Under the pieces are notes generated by a model, which saw nothing but the letters and a program-made list of their open reading frames with translations, searched no databases and was not told the DNA's origin. Source: Candidatus Poribacteria bacterium (GTDB lineage Bacteria; Poribacteria; WGA-4E; WGA-3G). Taken from it: a stretch of 64,000 bases of DNA. The stretch is from contig JAJEEK010000017.1 of assembly GCA_022821065.1 (NCBI GenBank), positions 103-64,102 of the forward strand, in the 5' to 3' direction. Made by a program: the position numbers and the translations under genes. Shown in pieces: positions 56,068-64,000 of this stretch. How positions within the stretch are numbered: position 1 is the stretch's first letter; every line of letters begins with the position of its first letter.

Positions 56068-57483
56068 TTAGCCTGCCTGACGGACTATCAAACGACTCTG
56101 TTCAGCGACTTTTCGGATAGCCGTCAAAATCCGAGGGACGGCATCTACCACCGGTTTTGTTAATAGTGGCAAAAATATGAGCTGTGAACACACTTTTTCG
56201 GTTACAGGCAAATCGCCGGCAGCATAGCCTTTAAAAGTACCGCCCATGTCCGTGGTGCAGAGAGGCCCTCGCCCCTTCGTATAGATATCAAGCCCTTGCG
56301 TGAAGAGCGGCAAAGTATGCAAAAGTGGATACGGATTACTATTCGTCGGTAGACTCCCTGAAAAGAGGGGTACGGCATCGCCAACAAGGAGCGGATATGG
56401 GTTGTTATTTGCCAAAACGCCTTCCCTTCGGAGTGCTTCCGCAAATATGGGGGCTGGTAGTCCATGCATCTCTTCCTGATGATAACGGATCGGAAATCCA
56501 TAGAATCCTGCCGGTTCAGCCCCTTCATACCTTTCAATCGGAGAAACCCCAGGAATCTCATGTAAGCCGTCGGTAATCTTTTTGATGTAGGCACGACGGT
56601 TGGCATTGAGTGCATCAAGTTTTTTCAGTTGTACCGAAGCGATACCGATAGCGAGCGGATGTACCCGAAATTTTACACCCAATCCCATCGGCGGTAGATG
56701 TGCGTATTGCAGTGCGTCGGCGGCTTCACCGACAACATGAGGCGGACGATTAACCTGCCCGATCAGACATGCTCGCTCGAAAACTGCCACATCGTTCGTC
56801 GCAAGCATGCCACCTTCACCGCCGCTAATCGGTTTATTGCCTTGCAGACTCCACGCGCCTACCTGTCCGATGCTACCACACGGTACACCATTGTAAGACG
56901 CGCCGTGTGCGTGTGAGCAATCCTCTATAACAGGGATACCGGTCTCTTCGCTGAGTGCCATCAGGGCGTCCATATCGCAGACATTGCCCCACAGGTGCAC
57001 CGCCACGATAGCCTTCGTTCGTTCGGTAATGCGTCGTCGGACATCATTGACATCAATCAGCAGCGTTTTCGGATCCACCTCACAGAAAACGGGTGTTGCC
57101 ATAAGTGTTAGCGCGGGTGTGATTGAAGCCATCCATGTATAAGTCGGGCAGATAACTTCATCTCCGGGACCGACACCGAGCCCAAACATCGCGCTGTGTA
57201 AGGCAGCTGTGCCGTTGGTAAGACTCACAGCGAATTGGGTGTGGTGGCGTTCAGACCAGACCTGCTCAAATTCTTGAACCGTTGGAGACGCACCAGACAG
57301 TTCGTTGCGAAGCGTCATTTCATAAACAACCTGTGCCTCTTCCGCTGTGACCTGTGTCCACTCGTCTAACTTCGGATAGGGAGCGTCAGGAGATGTTTCA
57401 AAGACCGGTGTTCCGCCCAAAATAGCGGGCAGGTCCTTCGTCTTAATCTCATGCTGAGATGATTGCGTTATTTTTCTCTCCAC
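56068..57483 (-). CDS. DegT/DnrJ/EryC1/StrS-family PLP-dependent aminotransferase
   Basis: ILGGTPVF start. IEDCSHAHGASYNG. SLQGNKPISGGEGGML (PLP-lysine region). Confidence 0.85.
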   Translation of the reverse strand: MERKITQSSQHEIKTKDLPAILGGTPVFETSPDAPYPKLDEWTQVTAEEAQVVYEMTLRNELSGASPTVQEFEQVWSERHHTQFAVSLTNGTAALHSAMFGLGVGPGDEVICPTYTWMASITPALTLMATPVFCEVDPKTLLIDVNDVRRRITERTKAIVAVHLWGNVCDMDALMALSEETGIPVIEDCSHAHGASYNGVPCGSIGQVGAWSLQGNKPISGGEGGMLATNDVAVFERACLIGQVNRPPHVVGEAADALQYAHLPPMGLGVKFRVHPLAIGIASVQLKKLDALNANRRAYIKKITDGLHEIPGVSPIERYEGAEPAGFYGFPIRYHQEEMHGLPAPIFAEALRREGVLANNNPYPLLVGDAVPLFSGSLPTNSNPYPLLHTLPLFTQGLDIYTKGRGPLCTTDMGGTFKGYAAGDLPVTEKVCSQLIFLPLLTKPVVDAVPRILTAIRKVAEQSRLIVRQAG

Positions 57484-57643
57484 GACATGCTCCTCGTTAC
57501 CGGTTACGGATTCAAAGATTCGCGGTTTGTTTTAATGCGACATCTATGTTATACTAACAGGCGCGTTGCGGGTCAATGCAATATTATGTATGATAACACG
57601 TCCTGCGAATTTTTGTCAAATTTAGCGAAGGAACCGAGAACTC

Positions 57644-58735
57644 TTGGATATCCGAAAACTGTTTATCTTACTGTTGCAAGGCAGAATATCCGACGCTAAG
57701 CAGCTGCTTCTCAATTTTATGCCGTCGCTCTTTGCGATCTTCGGATTCTTTCTTTTGTGCGGGGTTGTCGTACATGCCCGAGGACAAAATGCGTTGGAAT
57801 TCTATAGCATTATTTTTTCGAGCGGGTTCTCCAGTTTTGACGAGTTCGGCTATGTCCTGTTTAACGCGACCCCTTTAATCTTTACAGGACTCGCTGTCGG
57901 GATCGGCTATAAAAGCGGTCTGTTCAACATCGGTTGCGAAGGACAACTCTACGTCGCAGCGTTTGCTACGGCGTGGATAGGTATGCATTTAAACCTTCCT
58001 GCTCTCCTGCTGGTTCCACTCTGTATAGCCGCAGCGATGATTGCGGGTGCTGTTTGGGGTGCTATCCCCGGTTATTTAAAAGCGAAATACGGCGCGCACG
58101 AGGTTATTAACACAATCATGATGAACTTCATCGCTTTTGCGTTGATGAACTACCTCGTCACATCCATCTACCAAGAGCCGGGACAGATGATTCCGCAGAC
58201 CCGACAGATCCATGAAACCGCACGAATCCCGCGATTAGCGTCTTTCGTTCCATCGCTACCGGACAGCAATCCATTAAATACAAGTTTCCTGATCGCCTGC
58301 GTGTGCGTTGTGTTCTGTTATATACTCTTAACGCACACGCGTTGGGGATACGAACTCCGTCTGGTCGGCAACGCGCGAGACGTCGCGTCTTACGGTGGGA
58401 TCAATCCGCGGGCTGTAACCGTATGGGTGATGGCGTTGAGCGGAGCAGTTGCGGGATTAGCAGGTGTCGCGGAGGTGATGGGATACCGTTATCGGTATCT
58501 TGATAGTTTTTCATCGGGTTGGGGGTTCACTGGAATTGCGGTCGCGCTCTTGGGCAGAAACAACCCTTTCGGTATTTTGGCTGCGGCAGTGCTGTTCGGA
58601 TTACTAAACAAAGTTGCCTTGGACATCGACATTTTATTAGGTATCCCGCGCGGTCTATTCTTTGCGGGACAAGGCATGCTGATTATCTGGTTAGTCTGCA
58701 TAGAAGGCATCTCACGGAAAAAGAATGATACTTGA
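57644..58735 (+). CDS. ABC permease, BMP/nucleoside-type (YufP/NupP-like)
   Basis: FNIGCEGQLYVAAFATAWIG core. TTG start at 57644 is uncertain (ATG 57719 is an alternative). Confidence 0.8.
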   Translation: MDIRKLFILLLQGRISDAKQLLLNFMPSLFAIFGFFLLCGVVVHARGQNALEFYSIIFSSGFSSFDEFGYVLFNATPLIFTGLAVGIGYKSGLFNIGCEGQLYVAAFATAWIGMHLNLPALLLVPLCIAAAMIAGAVWGAIPGYLKAKYGAHEVINTIMMNFIAFALMNYLVTSIYQEPGQMIPQTRQIHETARIPRLASFVPSLPDSNPLNTSFLIACVCVVFCYILLTHTRWGYELRLVGNARDVASYGGINPRAVTVWVMALSGAVAGLAGVAEVMGYRYRYLDSFSSGWGFTGIAVALLGRNNPFGILAAAVLFGLLNKVALDIDILLGIPRGLFFAGQGMLIIWLVCIEGISRKKNDT

Positions 58736-59567
58736 TCTGATTCCAACCACTTTACGAATGGCGACCCCGTTAGGATTCGCTGCACTCGGCGGGATTTATT
58801 CGGAACGCGCCGGGGTCATTAACCTCGCCTTAGAAGGCATGATGCTGATCGGGGCATTCGGTTACGTCGTCGGCACACAGGTTTCTGGTTCGACAGGGTT
58901 TGGATTGCTTACCGGCATAGGTTTTGCGGTAGGATTGGCACTGTTACATGCGGTTGCGTCGGTAACGTTCCACGCCGAGCAGGTTGTCACCGGGATCGGC
59001 ATTAATATCTTGGCGTTGGGAATCACGGAATATCTTTTACCGCTGCCTAAACAGGTAGGCGGTTTGCCACAATGGCAGCTGCCGTTTATCGGTTCATACA
59101 GTTTCATCGTCTATCTATTGCCGGTATTGATGGTAGTGAGCCACATCCTCCTCTTTAAAACGCCGTGGGGTCTGCGTTTGCGGGCAGCAGGCGAATCAAC
59201 GGAAGCACTTGCGGCATTGAGCTTGAGTCGAGCAAAATGGCAATATATCGGAATCCTGTTAAGCGGTCTCTTAGCAGGCGTAGGCGGCTGTTTTCTGGCA
59301 TCCGAAGTTCATTACTTTACAAAAGGGATGACAGCAGGACGCGGGTATCTCGCGCTTGCCGCCGTTATTTTCGGGAACTGGCGCCCGTTAAGCGGTGTCT
59401 CGGCGTGTTTCCTTTTCGGATTCGCTACCGCTTTAGAACTCGCAAACCGATGGAACATTCCCGGACAATTGCTAAACAGCCTACCCTATATCTTAACAAT
59501 GGTCGTCCTCATCGGGTTCGTCGGGACATCACGCCCACCGGCGAGTTTAGGGAAGATGAAGTCTTAG
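58725..59567 (+). CDS. ABC permease, BMP/nucleoside-type (YufQ/NupQ-like)
   Basis: RMATPLGFAALGGIYSERAGVINLALEGMMLIGAF. Overlaps the upstream permease by 11 nt. Confidence 0.85.
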   Translation: MILDLIPTTLRMATPLGFAALGGIYSERAGVINLALEGMMLIGAFGYVVGTQVSGSTGFGLLTGIGFAVGLALLHAVASVTFHAEQVVTGIGINILALGITEYLLPLPKQVGGLPQWQLPFIGSYSFIVYLLPVLMVVSHILLFKTPWGLRLRAAGESTEALAALSLSRAKWQYIGILLSGLLAGVGGCFLASEVHYFTKGMTAGRGYLALAAVIFGNWRPLSGVSACFLFGFATALELANRWNIPGQLLNSLPYILTMVVLIGFVGTSRPPASLGKMKS

Positions 59568-59569
59568 TA

Positions 59570-61915
59570 TTATTCCGTTTCGGTGTCTTCAGCTGCGAGT
59601 CCGTAGTAGGTGCCGTGCCGACTGTAGTAACCGTAAGACTTCGCGTGCTTCGGATTAATCATGTTGCAGACCACGCCGACCTTTTTGGTTGGGAAGGCTT
59701 CTGTCAAGTGTCGGATGCCCATAAGGATATCAAATCGACGGGTTTTCGTGATGTCAAAGACATAAACGATAGCATCAACGATGTTCGCGAGAATCATCGG
59801 ATCGGCGACGGCGCGGACAGGTGGCGAATCGACGACAATGACATCATACTCGGATTTTGCAAGTTCCAATAACTGGTTCATCATTTCTGAGTTAAGAAGT
59901 TCGATTGGGTTCGGCGGCACCGTACCGCTCGGTAGTAGGTCCAGGTCAGGAATACCGGTCTGTTTGACTGTTGCGTGAAGCACGTCGTCGGCGTTCTCCT
60001 CGTTGAGATGGATGATGGCTTCACTCAATCCGGGTTTGCGTGTGTCGATGCGTGCGACAGGTAGTTCAGATGCGTTATCTTCTTGAAGAAGTTGTTCGCT
60101 TGGAAACGTATTGTGTTGCGATGGTCTACGCATATCCGCGTCTACAAGTAGAACTTTGTTGCCTCTTTGGGCAAGTGCGACAGCGAGGTTCGAGGAGATG
60201 GTGCTTTTGCCTTCGCCGCGTGTCGCGCTTGTAACGAGAATCGTTTTCACGGAGGCACCCGGGTTCAGGAACGGCAATTTGGCTTGCAGGACACGAAACG
60301 CCTCAGCAGTCCTCGAATTGGGAGCATCGTGTACCATTAGTGGAAGTCGATAGGCACTGCGTTTTTTGATAGAGGGTAGTACACCCAGGAAACTCGGCGA
60401 TTCTGGGAGTTCATCTAATTGACGGACAGCCTCCTCTAAACGGAGATAGGTGTCCTTGAAATAATTCTTAGCGACAGCGAAGGTCATACCGAGTAGCATT
60501 CCGACGAACGCGCCTAAAGCGAGATTCAATTTTAGACGTGGCTTCAAGGGTTCTTCCGGTGCACGCGCCTTATCCAACACTTTGATACTTTCCGAGCGCG
60601 CCTGCGAGAAAATCTCCGCCTCGCTCAATTTCGTCTGTAACGCGATAATCTGAGCATTGTAAATCTCAACGTCTCGCTTGAGGCGATAGAACTCTAATTG
60701 GTCAGGCGACCACTGGCGGAGTTCCAAAAAATGTGCGTTAATTTGAGCGGTAATCTCATCCTTCTGTTCCTTTAAACTAATGAGTGCCGCCTCCGCTTCA
60801 TTAACCTTCTCCAAAAGTATTTGATGGAGCGGGTTATAGGAAGTTGTTGTACTTTTTACATCTTTTTCCACTGTATCAAGACGCGCTTTCGTCTCCTCGA
60901 TCAGCTTCTCCTTAGCAACTACTTCAGGATGCGTTTCATCGTATTTTCCAAGCAGTTCTGCCCTATCAATTTCAGATTGGTTTAGACTATCCTGTAACTT
61001 GGAATATGACGGGTTTCGTGCGACTGTTTCCGAGACGACATCTTCCGACAGTTCGTCTAACTCCGCTTGATAAGTCGCCAGTTGCAATTCGGCACCTACC
61101 AACAAGTTTATCAATTCATTTTCTTTGACTTGGAGTGCGAGGATGATCTGTGCTTGCGTTCCACCTTCGGCATTTAAAGTCAGTTTCGGGTGTTGCTCTT
61201 GGAATGCAAAGAGTGCTTTTTCGGCATCTGTAAGACTCTCCTGCGCCTGATTCAGCATTTCTTGTGGGAGCGGCTTTCGCCACCACTCCGTTCTTTCAAT
61301 AGCCTCTGCTTCGACAGCCGCTTGAAAGACCGCGGCGATTCTGTTGGCGAGATTCTGTGCGCGTTCCGAATTCCGTTGTTGTACGGTTACAGTAATCACT
61401 TTTCCATCTGGTGATTCTTCAACTTTTAACTCCTCATCAATAAGCATTTTGATGAAAGAATCTTCCCATTCGGTAAGGGTCAGTTCTCCCTGTTCCGTTG
61501 CATTCTGATCAAGTTTAATACCGCACACACCCGCAAGCCATGGAAAAAATCGCCCACGATGTACAGGCAGTGGCTCAAGAAGCCCTTCATCTCTGAGTTG
61601 GCGGACCGCTGGTGTAATCACAAGGTCTCGTGACTGGAGCTGCGCGGCGAAAGCACTCACAGATGCCCCACCGAATAACCCGGATATGGGTAGCTGCGAG
61701 AGTAGAGAAGAGGCGGCGGATTGACCGTCTAAAACACGAATGGTGGTCTCGGACTGATAAGCTGGGGGCGTGAAGTCGGTTATGAGAAACGCTACGAAAA
61801 CAGAAAGCAAAAAAATGAGCAGGACACTCCATTTATTCCGAAAGAGCATCCAAAAATAGTCTGACAATCGAATTTCTCTAACTTCGTCATAGTGCCGATC
61901 GGTTGTCTCTGGCAT
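59570..61915 (-). CDS. polysaccharide co-polymerase / tyrosine autokinase (Wzc/GumC-like)
   Basis: Two TM helices flanking a long coiled-coil periplasmic domain. Walker A TSATRGEGKST, VLLVDADMRRP and a C-terminal Tyr cluster YGYYSRHGTYYG. Confidence 0.9.
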   Translation of the reverse strand: MPETTDRHYDEVREIRLSDYFWMLFRNKWSVLLIFLLSVFVAFLITDFTPPAYQSETTIRVLDGQSAASSLLSQLPISGLFGGASVSAFAAQLQSRDLVITPAVRQLRDEGLLEPLPVHRGRFFPWLAGVCGIKLDQNATEQGELTLTEWEDSFIKMLIDEELKVEESPDGKVITVTVQQRNSERAQNLANRIAAVFQAAVEAEAIERTEWWRKPLPQEMLNQAQESLTDAEKALFAFQEQHPKLTLNAEGGTQAQIILALQVKENELINLLVGAELQLATYQAELDELSEDVVSETVARNPSYSKLQDSLNQSEIDRAELLGKYDETHPEVVAKEKLIEETKARLDTVEKDVKSTTTSYNPLHQILLEKVNEAEAALISLKEQKDEITAQINAHFLELRQWSPDQLEFYRLKRDVEIYNAQIIALQTKLSEAEIFSQARSESIKVLDKARAPEEPLKPRLKLNLALGAFVGMLLGMTFAVAKNYFKDTYLRLEEAVRQLDELPESPSFLGVLPSIKKRSAYRLPLMVHDAPNSRTAEAFRVLQAKLPFLNPGASVKTILVTSATRGEGKSTISSNLAVALAQRGNKVLLVDADMRRPSQHNTFPSEQLLQEDNASELPVARIDTRKPGLSEAIIHLNEENADDVLHATVKQTGIPDLDLLPSGTVPPNPIELLNSEMMNQLLELAKSEYDVIVVDSPPVRAVADPMILANIVDAIVYVFDITKTRRFDILMGIRHLTEAFPTKKVGVVCNMINPKHAKSYGYYSRHGTYYGLAAEDTETE

Positions 61916-61979
61916 CTGTATCCTCGTTGTATTTTCCTTAATGCTCGGGAAACGCGCCTTCTACGCGCATATCTCAGAG

Positions 61980-63224
61980 TTACCGGTATCTAATCAGAAC
62001 GGTAACGAGTAAATTCACAAAAGACGTGGCGAAGGTAATAACGCGCCAGTCTAAACGTGTTCTTTCTCGGACACGGAGTTGATCGTTCGGGTTCAAGTAA
62101 ATATCCGAGTGTACTTGATCGAAATCCAACTCTTCTTCAGTTCCATCGGCGCGGGTTAGGAGGCACTTCTTCGGGTTTGCCCGTTCCTCGTTGAAACCAC
62201 CTGCTATAGCAATCGCTTGTCCGAGAAGGACAGGTTCCGTAATGACATATTGCCCGGGTTTCTCCACTGCCCCGGTAACACTTATTTTTGCTTCCGCCAA
62301 CGGTACATACAGTGTATCGCCGGGACCGAGCATTGCATCAACATCTTCCGTGGTGAGATCGACCAAAATGCGTTTTTCAGTTGTGATGATTTCGGATTTG
62401 TGGAGATTCGCGAAATCAGATCTGGATCCGCCAGCGAGTTTCAACGCTTGCGTTGCCGACACTTGCGGTTCGGTTATCGGGTAAGTACCGGGAGCGACAA
62501 CTGCCCCTATGACGCGCACGGGGCGCTGCTGAAAAATGGAAGGAATGAATATCGTATCATGATCTTTTAACGGAATATCTGGACCGCCCTCACTGATGAG
62601 ATTAAGATAATCAATTCTTTTCAACAGTTTCCCATCGCGCCAGATCGTAATATCCGTGAGATCCGCGAGTTCATAGTTGATTCCAGCGGATGCGAGTGCT
62701 TGCAGGAGATAAACCTGTCCAATCTCAAAGACGTGCAGGTTGCCACGCGCTCGCGGTTCAACCGCACCGAAAACGAGAATCGTTCGTTTCGGTTGCATGA
62801 GTGTTACAAACACACGGGCTGTCGGGAGATGTTTTGAGAAAGCGGACTGCATCTCTGCCTCAAGTTCAGAAACTGTGAGACCGGCGACCTTGATAAGACC
62901 GATAAGTGGATAGGAGACGTAACCATCTTGTTGGACCGGTACGGGGATCCGCTCTTTGCTATATTCTGGATAGCCATCTACGGTGACAACAAAACTATCA
63001 CCGACTTCCAATTTATACGTAGACAGGTCAGGGGATACTGCGTCGTTTGGCGAAATTTCTGTCTCAGCCGCCGGTTCCTCGGTAGCAGGATCCTCTGCAA
63101 AAACGAGAACGGAAAGACCAAGGTGTGCGAAAACGCACAGAAATACAAGAAAACTGTTAGCGAAAAGTCTTGCGAAATAGTTGCTGCTTCTAAAAAACCG
63201 TCGGCATCGAGAAAATATGTTCAT
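61980..63224 (-). CDS. polysaccharide export protein (Wza-like, Poly_export plus SLBB domains)
   Basis: YKLEVGDSFVVTV and repeated SLBB-type segments (V.V.GAV..PG.Y). Sits downstream of the Wzc-like gene's neighbourhood. Confidence 0.8.
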   Translation of the reverse strand: MNIFSRCRRFFRSSNYFARLFANSFLVFLCVFAHLGLSVLVFAEDPATEEPAAETEISPNDAVSPDLSTYKLEVGDSFVVTVDGYPEYSKERIPVPVQQDGYVSYPLIGLIKVAGLTVSELEAEMQSAFSKHLPTARVFVTLMQPKRTILVFGAVEPRARGNLHVFEIGQVYLLQALASAGINYELADLTDITIWRDGKLLKRIDYLNLISEGGPDIPLKDHDTIFIPSIFQQRPVRVIGAVVAPGTYPITEPQVSATQALKLAGGSRSDFANLHKSEIITTEKRILVDLTTEDVDAMLGPGDTLYVPLAEAKISVTGAVEKPGQYVITEPVLLGQAIAIAGGFNEERANPKKCLLTRADGTEEELDFDQVHSDIYLNPNDQLRVRERTRLDWRVITFATSFVNLLVTVLIRYR

Positions 63225-63392
63225 GAAAAACCACTACTAACCTTTTTGAGAAGATTTTGTTTGTTTGTTGATTCTCAGGTTCAAGCTCTTCACTCTTTTT
63301 CGTATTGCTGAAATATTTTAACAGATAATTGTCGGAAACGCAATTGAAAACTATTTATTGCTTTGTGCATGGATTTATGCTAATATAGTGTT

Positions 63393-64000
63393 GTGAACTT
63401 AAAAACTACTTTTGCTCAACTCCAAGGCAAACGGGTAATCATTATCGGTGATGTCATCGTGGATGCGTATATCTGGGGGGATGTAAACCGAATTTCGCCC
63501 GAAGCCCCTGTCCCTGTGTTTGAAACCGAAACAGAACAGGTCGGATGCGGTGGTGCAGCGAATGTCGCACAAAATATCGCGAGTTTAGGCGGCAACGCAA
63601 TCCTGGTCGGTGTTATCGGCAAGGACAGGGACGGCGAAAAATTAGTCCAGATGCTAACCGAAATGAATCTAAGCACGACTGGCATCTGCGTAGATTCCAA
63701 GCGGCCGACCAGCACAAAGACACGTGTGATTGCCCGTGCCAACACTACGAATTTTACGAGTCATGAACGAGATTCGGGACATCATCTACTTCGGATTGAC
63801 AGAGAATCCAAACAGGAAATCGCTATAGCGATGCGGAGACATCTATTGGATATCGTCGTCTCTCAGTTGTCGGACAGCGACGCAATTATCTTCGCGGATT
63901 ACGATAAAGGCGTGATCAATGCACATCTTATCGCGGAAGTGATGAAACACGCCAAACCGTACGATATACCGATTATCGTTGATCCGAAGCGAAACAACTT
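63393..64000 (+). CDS. D-glycero-beta-D-manno-heptose-7-phosphate kinase domain (RfaE/HldE domain I, PfkB family), 5' part; runs off the right edge
   Basis: My own translation from GTG 63393: VNLKTTFAQLQGKRVIIIGDVIVDAYIWGDVNRISPEAPVPVFE...GCGGAANVAQNIASLGG. Open to the window end. The 63416..63745 minus-strand ORF is its shadow. Confidence 0.8.
   Translation, partial: MNLKTTFAQLQGKRVIIIGDVIVDAYIWGDVNRISPEAPVPVFETETEQVGCGGAANVAQNIASLGGNAILVGVIGKDRDGEKLVQMLTEMNLSTTGICVDSKRPTSTKTRVIARANTTNFTSHERDSGHHLLRIDRESKQEIAIAMRRHLLDIVVSQLSDSDAIIFADYDKGVINAHLIAEVMKHAKPYDIPIIVDPKRNN

Noticed and set aside
1-64000. tRNA, rRNA, tmRNA or known riboswitch genes in the larger intergenic gaps
   Set aside because: I scanned the gaps by eye for T-loop (GGTTCGAATCC-like) and other signature motifs and found none. 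This is a weak negative; tRNAscan-SE and Infernal/Rfam should be run.

Overview
64-kb chromosomal segment, about 50% GC by eye, with a visibly AT-richer stretch at about 19.8-25.5 kb. It appears to come from an uncultivated-looking diderm bacterium. Secreted LamG, DUF1080-like, dockerin and FGE-domain proteins plus TPR and pentapeptide proteins suggest a Poribacteria/PVC-like lineage, but that is only a guess. I support about 55 protein-coding genes. Housekeeping: secA, pyrG, kdsB, an RpoD-like sigma factor, sppA, ferredoxin. Envelope and polysaccharide genes: sugar phosphotransferase, CapD-like dehydratase, GT4, Wzc-like and Wza-like proteins, rfaE/hldE kinase. Transport: MsbA-like ABC exporter, two LivJ-type binding proteins, livHM, a BMP-type permease pair, TRAP dctQM, EamA. 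I found no rRNA, tRNA, CRISPR array, transposase, integrase or reverse transcriptase. The non-coding DNA is unusually rich in dispersed repeats. (1) A ~120-bp inverted-repeat element (called MITE-1 here) has 7 copies, and its 5-bp target-site duplications can be read directly from the sequence. (2) REP-like hairpins carry a GTAG head, some combined into ~220-240-bp composite elements. (3) A conserved ~90-nt promoter-plus-hairpin module occurs twice. (4) A phased array of GTGAACA heptamers lies in an 830-bp intergenic gap. I cannot name a definite new multi-gene system. The best candidates are: (a) the AT-rich cluster at 19.8-24.7 kb, holding a single-chain restriction-modification-like enzyme, a coiled-coil membrane protein and a translationally coupled 9x TPR protein, bracketed by MITE copies; (b) an ECF sigma gene with no anti-sigma factor, a duplicated ECF-type promoter motif and two unknown tandem paralogs; (c) tandem LarA-family racemase homologs fused into a kdsB-pyrG-TRAP operon; (d) a shared C-terminal TTWGxLK tail on three secreted proteins. 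All functional calls rest on motif recognition by eye. No database search or computation was run.
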